A stretch of DNA of 64,000 nt from Bacteroidales bacterium UBA4912 (GTDB lineage Bacteria > Bacteroidota > Bacteroidia > Bacteroidales > Dysgonomonadaceae): NCBI GenBank assembly GCA_002398875.1, contig DHCC01000026.1:13074-77073 (forward strand), in the 5' to 3' direction. The notes below the pieces were generated by a model. The model was not told the DNA's origin. It saw nothing but the letters and a program-made list of their open reading frames with translations, and ran no database searches. This document shows positions 18,069-28,449 of this stretch, in pieces. A program made the translations under genes and the position numbers. Position 1 is the stretch's first letter. Each line of letters begins with the position of its first letter.

Positions 18069-19196
18069 ATGAAATTTATAGCATCAAGTGCCACGATGTT
18101 GAATCATCTGCAGGCAATAAGTAGAGTTATCAACTCTAAAAGTACATTACCCATTCTGGATTGCTTTAAACTGGAGTTAAAGGGTAACAGACTTACTTTG
18201 ACAGCTGCTGATAGTGAAACTAGATTGGAGACATGGATCGAGGTGAATAGTGCAGAAGGAGAGGGAAGTCTTGCAATCAATGCCAAGAATCTTCTTGACC
18301 CCTTACGTGAACTTCCTGATCAGCCATTAACTTTCGATATCAACGATGAAACTCTCGAGGTTTTTATTTATTACCATAACGGGAAATATAATTTTGTAGG
18401 TCTAAAAGGAGATGAATATCCGGAACCCAAACCTTTGAAGGAAGACACTGCAATGAGTCTTACAATAGAAGCTGATATGTTGGCGTCAGGTATTAACCGG
18501 ACTGTATTTGCAACTGCTGATGATGAGTTGCGTCCTGTTATGAATGGTATTTATTTTGATATAACAGCTGACGATCTGACTTTTGTTGCATCTGACGGCC
18601 ATAAACTAGTTCGAGTTACCACAACTGAAGCTAAAGGAGAGGGAAGATCATCTTTTATTTTACCTAAGAAACCGGCTAACCTTTTGAAGTCTCTTTTACC
18701 AAAAGAAACAGGTATAGTGACAATAAATTTCGATGAGAACAATGCATATATCACAATGAGTGCATATAAAATGATCTGTCGTTTTGTTGAAGGAAGGTAT
18801 CCCAATTATAATTCTGTAATTCCTCAAAATAACACAAACACAGTTACACTGGACAGGTTGACACTGTTAAACGCATTGAAGAGGGTGTCTGTCTTCTCTA
18901 ATCCATCTATAGGCTTGGTTAAACTGCAATTATCTGAGGAGAAGATAGTAATTACTGCTCAGGATATTGATTTTCTTACTGCTGCAGAGGAAACGATTAT
19001 TTGTTCTTACTCAGGAAATGTTATGAATATTGGTTTTAAGGCAGCTTTCCTGATTGAAATTTTAGATAATATACCTAGTGCTGACATCAGAATAGAATTG
19101 TCTGATCCTTCAAGAGCAGGTCTTATATTACCTGTAGAACAAGAGGAGAATGAAGATATGCTCACCTTGTTGATGCCTATGATGTTGAATGATTAA
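18069..19196 (+). CDS. dnaN: DNA polymerase III subunit beta (sliding clamp)
   Basis: The N-terminus MKFIASSATMLNHLQAISRVINSKSTLPILDCFKLEL and the three-domain length of 375 aa are typical of DnaN. Confidence 0.9.
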   Translation: MKFIASSATMLNHLQAISRVINSKSTLPILDCFKLELKGNRLTLTAADSETRLETWIEVNSAEGEGSLAINAKNLLDPLRELPDQPLTFDINDETLEVFIYYHNGKYNFVGLKGDEYPEPKPLKEDTAMSLTIEADMLASGINRTVFATADDELRPVMNGIYFDITADDLTFVASDGHKLVRVTTTEAKGEGRSSFILPKKPANLLKSLLPKETGIVTINFDENNAYITMSAYKMICRFVEGRYPNYNSVIPQNNTNTVTLDRLTLLNALKRVSVFSNPSIGLVKLQLSEEKIVITAQDIDFLTAAEETIICSYSGNVMNIGFKAAFLIEILDNIPSADIRIELSDPSRAGLILPVEQEENEDMLTLLMPMMLND

Positions 19197-19213
19197 ATAA
19201 TCAAATCGTTAAA

Positions 19214-19984
19214 ATGGATTTAAAACTGAAGAACCCGTTAGTTTTTTTTGATTTAGAAACTACCGGGATCAATATAACTCATGATCGTATCATTGAGATC
19301 TCACTGTTAAAAGTGACCCCTAACGGAAAAGAAGAGATAAAAACAAGACGTATTAATCCGGAGAGACCTATACCACCGGAGTCTACTGCAATTCACGGTA
19401 TTACTGATGATGATGTAAAAGATTGTCCTACATTCAAACAAATCGCTAAATCTCTTTCAGAAATGCTTGAGGGATGTGATATGGCAGGATTTAATTCAAG
19501 CCGTTTTGATGTTCCTATGCTTGCGGAGGAGTTCCTTCGAGCAGGAGTAGATTTCGATACTGACAAACGTAAATTTGTGGATGTTCAGATTATATTTCAC
19601 AGAAAGGAGCAGCGTACTCTAGAGGCAGCCTATTCATTTTATTGCAACCGGCAGCTGGAGAATGCTCATTCAGCGGAAGCAGATGTAATGGCAACCTATG
19701 AGGTTCTGAAATCTCAACTTGATCGTTACCCTGATCTTCAAAATAATGTAGATTCTCTATCAAAAGAATATTCCAGTTTTAATAATAATGTTGATTTGGC
19801 AGGTCGCATTATTTTTAATGATGCAGGCGTTGAAGTGTTTAATTTTGGAAAACACAGAGGGCGTTCTGTCTCAGAAGTGTTAAAAAATGAACCTAGCTAT
19901 TATACTTGGATGATGGATGGGGATTTTCCACTAAATACAAAACAGGTACTTACTAAAATTCGTTTGAGAGAGATAAACGGATAA
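19214..19984 (+). CDS. DEDDh 3'-5' exonuclease (DnaQ/epsilon-like) with a C-terminal extension
   Basis: ExoI FFDLETTG, ExoII GFNSSRFDVPML, ExoIII HSAEADV. The C-terminal segment FGKHRGRSVSEVLKNEPSYYTWMM is as seen in ExoX-like C-terminal domains. Confidence 0.8.
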   Translation: MDLKLKNPLVFFDLETTGINITHDRIIEISLLKVTPNGKEEIKTRRINPERPIPPESTAIHGITDDDVKDCPTFKQIAKSLSEMLEGCDMAGFNSSRFDVPMLAEEFLRAGVDFDTDKRKFVDVQIIFHRKEQRTLEAAYSFYCNRQLENAHSAEADVMATYEVLKSQLDRYPDLQNNVDSLSKEYSSFNNNVDLAGRIIFNDAGVEVFNFGKHRGRSVSEVLKNEPSYYTWMMDGDFPLNTKQVLTKIRLREING

Positions 19985-19998
19985 TACACCTCAATTAA

Positions 19999-20748
19999 AT
20001 GCCGCGTTACTTTATAACACTTTCATATAACGGAAAGAACTATGTTGGTTGGCAAATTCAACCAAATGGTATAAGCATACAGCAAAAATTGCAGGAAGCA
20101 ATCTCTTTGATACTTCGTTCTGAAGTGGATATTGTTGGTGCCGGCAGAACTGATGCAGGTGTTCATGCTTGTAAAATGGTTGCTCATTTTGATTGGTATG
20201 ATGAGTCTTTCTCGAATGAGGATCTCGTTTTTAAATTAAACAGTCTCCTTCCTAAAGATATTGCCATAAAATCAATTAAAAAAGTAAAACCTGATGCGCA
20301 TGCACGATTCAGTGCAATATCCAGAACTTACAAATATTATGTAACTACTGATAAAAACCCTTTTCTTAATGAACTGACTAATAGGGTTAGTTTTATACCT
20401 GATATCGATAAGATGAATGCTCTTTGTCCGTTGTTAATTGAAACTGAAGATTTTAGTAGTTTCAGCAAACTTCATACTGATGTAAAGACAAATATTTGTA
20501 AAATTGAATTTGCCGGTTGGGAGCGTGAGGGTAATATGTATGTTTTTAAAATCAAAGCAGATCGTTTCTTGCGAAATATGGTTAGGGCAATTGTTGGGAC
20601 ATTATTGGAAGCAGGTAGGGGACGACTTGACGAAAGGGGGCTTCGTAGAATAATAGATGCTAAAAACAGACAAGTTGCAGGGGATTCTGCACCTGGTAAT
20701 GCATTATTTCTTGAAGATGTACAATATCCTGAATATATTTGGGTGTAG
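19999..20748 (+). CDS. truA: tRNA pseudouridine(38-40) synthase
   Basis: Catalytic Asp loop GAGRTDAGVHA. N-terminus YFITLSYNGKNYVGWQIQPN. Length 249 aa. Confidence 0.9.
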   Translation: MPRYFITLSYNGKNYVGWQIQPNGISIQQKLQEAISLILRSEVDIVGAGRTDAGVHACKMVAHFDWYDESFSNEDLVFKLNSLLPKDIAIKSIKKVKPDAHARFSAISRTYKYYVTTDKNPFLNELTNRVSFIPDIDKMNALCPLLIETEDFSSFSKLHTDVKTNICKIEFAGWEREGNMYVFKIKADRFLRNMVRAIVGTLLEAGRGRLDERGLRRIIDAKNRQVAGDSAPGNALFLEDVQYPEYIWV

Positions 20749-20833
20749 TTATTGTATCTGTAGTAAATATGTTGAAAATCTTTTTTAAGATTACAGTAAC
20801 TTAAACAATGTTTTGTTGGACAGCGATTTGGGT

Positions 20834-20880
20834 AAAAAGATAACGCGGTGACTTTTATAGTTTCACCGCGTTATCATTTT
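20834..20880. terminator. Bidirectional rho-independent terminator (truA / rho)
   Basis: Perfect 13-bp inverted repeat GATAACGCGGTGA / TCACCGCGTTATC, flanked by an A-run and a T-run. Confidence 0.75.
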
Positions 20881-20912
20881 ATTAATGTTTATAATTATCT
20901 AAGAGTGAAAAA

Positions 20913-22913
20913 TTAATCATTCATAGAAATTAAAAATTCCTCATTACTTGATGTGCGTCTTAATCGGTTTAGTAAAAATTCCATTGCTTCAACTGAGTTC
21001 ATGTCAGCAAGGAAATTACGTAGTACCCACATTCGGTTGAGTGTTTCTTCCGAAAGAAGTAGATCGTCGCGTCTAGTACTTGAAGCGATAATGTCGACTG
21101 AGGGGAATATTCGTTTGTTAGATAATTTCCTGTCAAGCTGAAGCTCCATGTTGCCTGTTCCTTTGAATTCTTCAAAAATAACATCATCCATTTTAGAACC
21201 TGTATCTGTTAGGGCAGTTGCAATTATTGTGAGAGAACCACCATTTTCAATGTTTCTGGCAGCTCCAAAGAAGCGTTTAGGTTTATGGAGTGCATTGGCA
21301 TCTACACCACCCGAAAGAACTTTACCTGAAGCTGGTTGTACTGTATTATACGCTCTGGCCAGTCGAGTAATGGAATCTAAGAGAATTACTACATCGTGTC
21401 CACACTCTACAAGTCTGCGGGCTTTATTAAGTACTATTTCAGCAATTTTTACGTGATGGTCGGCAGGTTCATCAAATGTAGAAGCAATAACTTCAGCATT
21501 CACGCTGCGCTCCATATCAGTTACTTCTTCCGGTCTCTCATCTATAAGTAGTATAATCATATATACTTCCGGATGGTTGTCTGCAATTGCATTGGCAATA
21601 TCTTTCAGAAGTACTGTTTTACCTGTTTTCGGTTGTGCAACTATCAATCCGCGTTGTCCTTTACCAATTGGAGTAAACATGTCTACTACTCTACATGAAA
21701 GATTGTCATTATGTCCTTTTGTCAAATTGAATTTCTGATCAGGAAATAATGGTTTTAAATGATCAAATGGTACACGATCACGTACTGCGTCTGGATTTCT
21801 TCCATTAAGACGATCAACTTTTACGAGCGGGAAGAACTTTTCTCCTTCTTTAGGAGGACGTATTGGTCCTTCCACTACATCACCTGTGTTTAGTCCAAAA
21901 AGTCGAATTTGCGATTGTGAAACATAAATATCATCAGGAGATGACATATAATTATAATCTGATGAACGTAAAAATCCATAACCGTCAGGCATAATTTCAA
22001 GTACACCTGAAGCATTTAAAATACCATCAAAATCATATACAGGTTCTTTGTCCTTTTCTTTCTGTTTCTGAACCTGATTTGGTGATTGCCCTTTGCTCTG
22101 TGGCGTTTGTGGCTGAGGTTTTGATTGTAGTGGTGATGGCGTTATAAGATCTTGTAGCGACATCTTTTCGGTTACGGGGAGAACTACATTTTTAACTTTG
22201 TCTGATGCTTCATCCAGAGTATCTTCAGCTACTACAGGTGGTAATGTTTCAGGAGTAGGTAAATTCTTTTTCTCTTCGTTGCGGTGTTTTGAAGATCTGA
22301 ACACCAGCTGAATTGGCTTACCTGTTGATTTTTGTAAAGGAGTATCCTTATTGTTATCTTTTATATTGTTATTATTTTCCTGAGTTGAAACAAATGATGT
22401 TTTTTTTACTTCTGGAGTTAATTTTTCAGGAGTTTTCTCAAATGTTTTTTCATCTACAGGAATTGTAGCTTTTTGGGCAGAGTTTTTTACATTCTGCTGA
22501 ATATCTTTCTTTTCGGGTTTAGTTGAAACAGGATTTGCTTGATTCTGACTTTTAGCTTGATCTCTATTTTTAGAATCCTCTCTCTTAGGTTCAACTTTTT
22601 TGGATTCCTGTTTTATCTGTTCAGCCTTATTAGTCTCTGTTTTTTTTGTATCAACAGGCTTAGAAGAAGACTTACTATCTTTATTTTTTTGGTTCTTTAA
22701 GTTGTTGCTTGTAGTATTTTTACCTTTAAAGCCTTGTCTGGTACCACTGTCAGAGCTCAGTTTTTTTGTTTCAGCAATTGCTTGCTCATCAAGAATTTTA
22801 TAAATGAGTTCTTCTTTCTTATATGCATCAGGTCGTCTTATTCCCATCTCTTTTGCAAGAACCCGTAATTCTGTTGTAAGCTTTTCATTAAGCTCAATAA
22901 TGTTATAAGCCAT
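20913..22913 (-). CDS. rho: Transcription termination factor Rho with a long low-complexity N-terminal insertion
   Basis: Rho N-terminal helix bundle ([25 protein letters not shown]). A K/Q/P/S/T/N-rich insertion of about 240 aa. CSD-like RNA-binding segment ([14 protein letters not shown]). Walker A AQPKTGKT and a RecA-like ATPase core. Confidence 0.9.
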   Translation of the reverse strand: MAYNIIELNEKLTTELRVLAKEMGIRRPDAYKKEELIYKILDEQAIAETKKLSSDSGTRQGFKGKNTTSNNLKNQKNKDSKSSSKPVDTKKTETNKAEQIKQESKKVEPKREDSKNRDQAKSQNQANPVSTKPEKKDIQQNVKNSAQKATIPVDEKTFEKTPEKLTPEVKKTSFVSTQENNNNIKDNNKDTPLQKSTGKPIQLVFRSSKHRNEEKKNLPTPETLPPVVAEDTLDEASDKVKNVVLPVTEKMSLQDLITPSPLQSKPQPQTPQSKGQSPNQVQKQKEKDKEPVYDFDGILNASGVLEIMPDGYGFLRSSDYNYMSSPDDIYVSQSQIRLFGLNTGDVVEGPIRPPKEGEKFFPLVKVDRLNGRNPDAVRDRVPFDHLKPLFPDQKFNLTKGHNDNLSCRVVDMFTPIGKGQRGLIVAQPKTGKTVLLKDIANAIADNHPEVYMIILLIDERPEEVTDMERSVNAEVIASTFDEPADHHVKIAEIVLNKARRLVECGHDVVILLDSITRLARAYNTVQPASGKVLSGGVDANALHKPKRFFGAARNIENGGSLTIIATALTDTGSKMDDVIFEEFKGTGNMELQLDRKLSNKRIFPSVDIIASSTRRDDLLLSEETLNRMWVLRNFLADMNSVEAMEFLLNRLRRTSSNEEFLISMND

Positions 22914-23099
22914 GTAGATTAATTGAAATTCGTTATGGTTATTGAATAAATGATATGTTCGAATTATATCCGGAAATAATTATGGAGGTATCTTTTCCAT
23001 AAAAACTTAAAAAGTCCGGAGAATATAATTGAGTTTTTGAATGAATTTGTAAATAATTAACAGTAGTATGAGTAAAATTTACTGTCGCAGATTCAGAGA

Positions 23100-23107
23100 C
23101 AAAGGTA
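23100..23107 (-). promoter_or_regulatory. Candidate -7 promoter box for rho (TACCTTTG on the minus strand)
   Basis: Exact TAnnTTTG match on the minus strand. It implies a rho leader of about 180 nt. Confidence 0.3.
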
Positions 23108-23218
23108 CTACTTTTTTTCTAACCACATAAAAACTTCACTTATTTTTTTTCTAACAGCCTTAATTTAACCTAAAATATGATAAGCAGTAAACCATTAACG
23201 TTTTTTTGTATGGAGTTC

Positions 23219-24268
23219 TTAATCTTTAGACATATCAATACTGTTTGTTGTACTTCGTCTTCTTTCAATTTCGTTCATATACAACTGTGACCTTTTTCGT
23301 TCGAGTGAATTAGGAGATGTTGATTCATTAAAAAGATCATTTGCTTTCTTTGCCCATTCAAATGCTTTATCCATATCATCCGACATTTCATAGGCAAGAG
23401 CAATATTACTTGCAGCTTTAGCTTTAGAAGTTTTGTTTGATTGTGAATTATAAAATAATTCCCATTTATTTATGGCATTTTCCCAATCAGCCCCTTTGGC
23501 AAAATTTTCTCCTTCACGCATAAGTGTATTTGGCATTGTATAATACCATCTGTCCTGCATTTCCCAGTGAGGAGCAAATACATTGGTCATTTTCTCGGCA
23601 GCGCGTACTGCTAATATTTTCATAGCTTCTTCACTTGAGGGGAGCATCATTTCTGAATACGCCAAATTGTCTTGAATGTCAAAACCTTCCCAGTGCAGGC
23701 TGTCAGTGTATTGAACAGTAGGAATTTTGCCATCCATTGTTGGTAGATAAGCACGTATTACTGATTGAATTTTACCCGTCATATCGCTATACGTATACCC
23801 CTGTTGCCTAAAATGTTCTCTTTTATCAGTTTCAACAATAAGCTTATCAAGAGATATGACTGCATCAGCATTTGTTTCTTTTCTAATATCATTCATTTTC
23901 TCAGGTGAAAGAGCTTGTTCTCTAAAAAAATCGGAATCTTCCCTCAATGGCTTATTGTAGAATGTAACCTGTTGAAAATAATCCTCTTCGTTCAGAAATT
24001 GAGTAAGTGCTTCTGTATAATAAATTGCGATACTATCAGATGATGCCTTTGCTCTTTCTGTCCCTGAACGGCCCAATTGTGTTAAATAATGTCCAATATC
24101 ATCCGGTTGTTGAACGACATTGTTTACAATTGTGATTCTCATAACATCCACAGGGAGTGTTACTTGAGCAGGTTCGCGTGTTTCTACGGTCATATATTTC
24201 AAACCGGAACAGCTAATTGATAAAATTCCTGTTAAAGTAATTAAAAAGTGAAGAGCAAACTTTTTCAT
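23219..24268 (-). CDS. Lipoprotein of unknown function with a TPR-like C-terminal segment
   Basis: Lipoprotein signal ...GILSISC. C-terminal helical repeats resemble TPR (AINKWELFYNSQ..., AASNIALAYEMSDDMDKAFEWAKKA). Confidence 0.5.
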   Translation of the reverse strand: MKKFALHFLITLTGILSISCSGLKYMTVETREPAQVTLPVDVMRITIVNNVVQQPDDIGHYLTQLGRSGTERAKASSDSIAIYYTEALTQFLNEEDYFQQVTFYNKPLREDSDFFREQALSPEKMNDIRKETNADAVISLDKLIVETDKREHFRQQGYTYSDMTGKIQSVIRAYLPTMDGKIPTVQYTDSLHWEGFDIQDNLAYSEMMLPSSEEAMKILAVRAAEKMTNVFAPHWEMQDRWYYTMPNTLMREGENFAKGADWENAINKWELFYNSQSNKTSKAKAASNIALAYEMSDDMDKAFEWAKKANDLFNESTSPNSLERKRSQLYMNEIERRRSTTNSIDMSKD

Positions 24269-24471
24269 ATATTCTGTTGATCAGCTAAGTTTAAAAAGAA
24301 TGCAACAAATATATCACTTTTAATTAACATAATTACTGTGGTAAAAGTTTTTGAAACTATTTATTGATTGACAAAAAGTCTTTGTTTTATAGTTTGATGT
24401 TTATTTATGTGTTTTGGTTTAACTTTAACTGTTTTATATTAAGAAAAGATTCTTATGAAAAGTGTTTTTTG

Positions 24472-24479
24472 TATATTTG
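24472..24479 (+). promoter_or_regulatory. Candidate -7 promoter box (TATATTTG) for the etfBA-acd operon
   Basis: Exact TAnnTTTG match about 40 bp upstream of the etfB ATG at 24520. Confidence 0.35.
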
Positions 24480-24519
24480 TGCTTTTCTGAAAAACTTATA
24501 ATAGAAACAAAATTTGAAC

Positions 24520-25392
24520 ATGGCATTTAACATTATTGTATTGGCTAAGCAAGTTCCCGACACCCGCAACGTTGGGAAGGATGCTATGAAAGCCGACGGT
24601 ACAGTGAACAGAGCTGCATTGCCAGCAATTTTTAATCCTGAAGATCTTAATGCACTAGAACAAGCGCTTGAAGTAAAAGATCGTTTCCCTGGATCAAAAA
24701 TCACTATCCTTACAATGGGACCGGGTCGAGCAGCTGAAATTTTGCGAGAGGGCTTATTTCGCGGAGCTGATGATGGAGTTTTACTAACTGACAGAGCTTT
24801 TGCAGGTGCCGACACTTTGGCTACTTCTTATGCGTTATCGATGGCAATCCGCAAAATTGGGGAATTTGATTTTATATTTTCAGGACGACAGGCAATTGAC
24901 GGTGATACTGCTCAGGTAGGTCCGCAAGTTGCTGAGAAACTTGGGATCCCTCAAATCACTTATGCTGAGCATATTGAAAAGATTGATAAAAACAGCGTGA
25001 GAATTAAGCGCAGGCTTGACAATGGTGTAGAGGTCGTAGAAAGTCCTCTGCCTGTTCTTATCACTGTAAATGGTTCCGCACGTTCCTGCAGACCTCGCAA
25101 TGCTAAGCTTTTGCTTAAATATAAACACGCAAAGACAGTTACAGAGCGACAGGTCGAAAATCTCGATTATATCGATATATATGACAGTCGTCCGTTTCTT
25201 AATTTAACCGAATGGAGTGTAGCAGACGTTGCAGCTGATCCCCTTTTGTGTGGACTTTCAGGCTCACCCACAAAAGTGAAAAAGACTGAGAATGTTGTTT
25301 TTCAAACTAAAGAAAGCAAGCACATATCCGACAGCGATATAGAAATAGATGAACTTATGAAAGAGCTTATAGAAAATCACACTATAGGTTGA
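24520..25392 (+). CDS. etfB: Electron transfer flavoprotein subunit beta
   Basis: MAFNIIVLAKQVPDT..., ILTMGP, and GRQAIDGDTAQVGPQVAEKLGIPQITY are typical of EtfB. The track start at 24514 is TTG and the ATG is at 24520. Confidence 0.9.
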   Translation: MAFNIIVLAKQVPDTRNVGKDAMKADGTVNRAALPAIFNPEDLNALEQALEVKDRFPGSKITILTMGPGRAAEILREGLFRGADDGVLLTDRAFAGADTLATSYALSMAIRKIGEFDFIFSGRQAIDGDTAQVGPQVAEKLGIPQITYAEHIEKIDKNSVRIKRRLDNGVEVVESPLPVLITVNGSARSCRPRNAKLLLKYKHAKTVTERQVENLDYIDIYDSRPFLNLTEWSVADVAADPLLCGLSGSPTKVKKTENVVFQTKESKHISDSDIEIDELMKELIENHTIG

Positions 25393-25443
25393 TCAATCAG
25401 TAGTTTTTAATTAGAAAACCAAAAAACAGTAGAAGAAGTAAGA

Positions 25444-26463
25444 ATGGATAACTTATTTGTATATTTAGAAATTGAGGATGGTGTTGTAGCTGAAGTCAGC
25501 CAAGAACTGCTAACCAAAGGTAGATCACTTGCAAATCAGCTTGGATGCAAGTTAGAAGCAATTGCGGCAGGAGTCAACCTGGGCAAAGTGGAAGAGCAGG
25601 TCTTTCCTTATGGTGTAGACGTACTTCATATTTTCGAGGACAAGCGCCTTTTGCCTTATACAACTTTACCACATACATCAATATTGGTGAAACTTTTTAA
25701 AGAAGAAAAACCACAGATTTGTCTGTTGGGTGCCACTATAATAGGTAGAGATTTAGGTCCACGAGTATCATCTTCATTGGGCAGCGGGTTAACTGCCGAT
25801 TGTACTTCACTTGAAATTGGCAGCCATGAAAACAAGAAAGAGGGTAAAGTGTACGAAAATCTACTTTATCAGATACGTCCGGCATTTGGGGGAAATATTG
25901 TAGCAAACATTGTAAACCCCGATCATCGCCCTCAAATGGCAACTGTAAGAGAGGGGGTTATGAAAAAAGAGATTTTCGATCCCTACTACAAAGGTGAAGC
26001 TATTGTACATGATGTGAACGACTACGTAAATGAAGAAGATTTTATAGTTTCTATAATCGACCGTCACATCGAAAAGTCTAAAGTTAACATCAAGAACTCG
26101 CCTATAATTGTTTCCGGTGGTTATGGAGTTGGATCAAAAGAAAACTTCGAACTCCTTTATAAACTAGCAGATCTCCTCGGCGCTGAAGTAGGTGCCTCTA
26201 GAGCTGCAGTAGATGCAGGGTACACTGAACACGAGCGTCAGATAGGTCAGACAGGAGTCACAGTTCGTCCAAAGGTATATATAGCATGCGGTATTTCAGG
26301 ACAGATACAGCATATTGCCGGAATGCAAGAGAGTTCCATCATTATATCTATAAATAATGATCCTGCTGCACCAATAAATTCCATAGCAGATTATGTTATA
26401 ACAGGTGAAGTTGAGAATGTTATACCTAAGATGATAAAATATTACAAGAAAAACACTAAGTAA
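25444..26463 (+). CDS. etfA: Electron transfer flavoprotein subunit alpha
   Basis: C-terminal FAD-binding region GASRAAVDAGY...QIGQTG..V.PKVYIACGISGQIQHIAGM. Confidence 0.9.
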   Translation: MDNLFVYLEIEDGVVAEVSQELLTKGRSLANQLGCKLEAIAAGVNLGKVEEQVFPYGVDVLHIFEDKRLLPYTTLPHTSILVKLFKEEKPQICLLGATIIGRDLGPRVSSSLGSGLTADCTSLEIGSHENKKEGKVYENLLYQIRPAFGGNIVANIVNPDHRPQMATVREGVMKKEIFDPYYKGEAIVHDVNDYVNEEDFIVSIIDRHIEKSKVNIKNSPIIVSGGYGVGSKENFELLYKLADLLGAEVGASRAAVDAGYTEHERQIGQTGVTVRPKVYIACGISGQIQHIAGMQESSIIISINNDPAAPINSIADYVITGEVENVIPKMIKYYKKNTK

Positions 26464-26515
26464 AAAGATAGATATCTTAGCTTAGAATTAAGAAACAGAA
26501 CATAGAAAAAAATAT

Positions 26516-28243
26516 ATGGCAAACTTTTATACTGATACACCGCAATTCCGTCATTATCTTCAACATCCGCTTATGAAGAGAATTGTGGAACTAAAGGAGA
26601 GAAATTACACCGAAAGTGAAACTTATGATCATGCTCCAATCGACTTTGAAGACGCTATGGATAGTTATGATAAAGTACTTGAAGTAGTCGGAGAAATATG
26701 TGGAGAAGTAATAGATCCCAATGCCGAGGAGGTAGATCATAGCGGTCCAACCGTTTCGAATGGCCGGGTAACTTATGCACCTAATACTCAGGAAAATCTT
26801 GATGTACTCAATAAAGCAGAACTTATGGGAATGCGTTTTGGACGTAAATACGGAGGTCTTAATTTCCCAATGGTACCCTACATGATGAGTGCAGATATTG
26901 TGAGTCGTGCAGATGCAAGCTTTCAAAATATATGGATGTTGCAGGACTGTGGAGAAACTATTTACGAATTTGGTGATGAAGCTCAAAAGGATAAATACAT
27001 AACTCGAGTAGTAAAAGGTGAAACAATGTCAATGGACTTAACAGAACCCGATGCCGGGTCTGATTTGCAGGCTGTGATGTTGAAAGCAACTTACAACGAA
27101 AAAGAAAATCAGTGGTATTTAAACGGAGTTAAACGATTTATTACTAATGGTGATGCTGACATACACCTTGTGCTTGCCCGTTCTGAAGAAGGTACAAAAG
27201 ATGCACGTGGATTATCTATGTTTGTATATGATAAAAACAGCGGAGGTGTTAATGTTCGCAGAATAGAAAATAAGATGGGTATCAAAGGTGCACCAACCTG
27301 TGAACTTGTATTTAAGAATGCGAAGGCGGAACTTGTTGGCAGCAGAAGATTAGGACTCATCCGTTATGTGATGTCATTAATGAATGGTGCACGTCTAGGA
27401 ATTATGGCTCAATCAGTTGGTATTTCAGAGGCAGCTACTCGTGAGGCTTACAATTACGCGCTTGAGCGTCGTCAGTTCGGTAAAGCTATCATAAACTTCC
27501 CGGCGGTATATGAAATGCTTGCAAATATGCGTGCTAAGACAGATGCTTCACGTACATTACTATACGAAACAAGTCGTTTTGTAGATATGTATAAAACGCT
27601 TGAGGATATTAGCAAAGAACGTAAGCTAACTCCGGAAGAAAGGACTGAATTGAAATACTATTCTCGTCTCGCAGATGCATTTACCCCGCTAGGTAAAGGA
27701 ATGAGCAGTGAGTATGCTAATCAGAATGCTTATGATGCAATTCAGATTCATGGCGGGTCAGGATATATGAAAGATTATAAGTGCGAAAGACTTTATCGTG
27801 ATGCACGTATAACCAACATTTATGAAGGAACAACTCAACTTCAGGTTATTGCTGCTATTCGTCATGTCACAACAGGCACCTATCTGCAACGTATAAAAGA
27901 ATATGAAGCTCTACATGTAGTTCCTGAGCTTGAACCGCTGAAGCGAACTCTATCAGAAATGACACAGATGTACGAGCAGTTAGTTGCCATAGTTACTTCA
28001 CCCAAAGATGAAGAGTATTTAGATTTTCATGCACGCAGACTTGTAGACAGTGCTGCACATATTGTATCAGGACATCTTCTGCTACAGGATGCAAACAAAA
28101 ACCAGGAACTTTTCCGTCGCAGTGCAGAGGTTTACATTCATTACGGACAAATTGAGATAATCAAAAACTACAATTTTGTAACTGAATCCAGAATAGAGGA
28201 TATGGCTTATTACAAACCTGCTGATATAGCTGAAGTAAAATAA
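26516..28243 (+). CDS. Acyl-CoA dehydrogenase (long, about 575 aa form with a C-terminal extension)
   Basis: ACAD middle and C-terminal domain motifs (LTEPDAGSDL, RITNIYEGTTQLQ). Lies directly downstream of etfBA. Confidence 0.85.
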   Translation: MANFYTDTPQFRHYLQHPLMKRIVELKERNYTESETYDHAPIDFEDAMDSYDKVLEVVGEICGEVIDPNAEEVDHSGPTVSNGRVTYAPNTQENLDVLNKAELMGMRFGRKYGGLNFPMVPYMMSADIVSRADASFQNIWMLQDCGETIYEFGDEAQKDKYITRVVKGETMSMDLTEPDAGSDLQAVMLKATYNEKENQWYLNGVKRFITNGDADIHLVLARSEEGTKDARGLSMFVYDKNSGGVNVRRIENKMGIKGAPTCELVFKNAKAELVGSRRLGLIRYVMSLMNGARLGIMAQSVGISEAATREAYNYALERRQFGKAIINFPAVYEMLANMRAKTDASRTLLYETSRFVDMYKTLEDISKERKLTPEERTELKYYSRLADAFTPLGKGMSSEYANQNAYDAIQIHGGSGYMKDYKCERLYRDARITNIYEGTTQLQVIAAIRHVTTGTYLQRIKEYEALHVVPELEPLKRTLSEMTQMYEQLVAIVTSPKDEEYLDFHARRLVDSAAHIVSGHLLLQDANKNQELFRRSAEVYIHYGQIEIIKNYNFVTESRIEDMAYYKPADIAEVK

Positions 28244-28266
28244 ATTGAATCAAAGATACTTTTAAA

Positions 28267-28299
28267 GGGGGCAACTATACAATTGCTCCCTTATTTTTA
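28267..28299 (+). terminator. Rho-independent terminator after the acyl-CoA dehydrogenase
   Basis: Stem GGGGGCAA / TTGCTCCC (one G-U pair) followed by a T-rich run. Confidence 0.6.
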
Positions 28300-28449
28300 T
28301 AATCCTTTTTTACAAATAATTCTTTCATTTTTTGGCATTTGTGTATATTTTGTTTTTCTTTGTTACAGACAAATAATAAACGCTAAAAACAGTTGCCTAT
28401 AAGTCCTCTTTACTCATTTAAATTTACATAACAATTTAATAAGTAAAGC

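Noticed and set aside
18069-19196. dnaN as a marker of oriC in this window.
   Set aside because: dnaA is not adjacent, and the upstream intergenic region is only about 100 bp with no DnaA-box cluster.
24453-24815. A 120-aa ORF antisense to the etfB 5' end. Similar long antisense ORFs occur at 26591..26986, 33503..33919, 36597..36977, 37694..38068, 3682..4002 and 16592..16918.
   Set aside because: Each lies wholly inside, or overlaps, a strongly supported gene on the other strand. Their compositions are biased (Ser/Ala/Pro-rich or Ile/Phe/Lys-rich) and none shows a recognisable motif. They are shadow ORFs.
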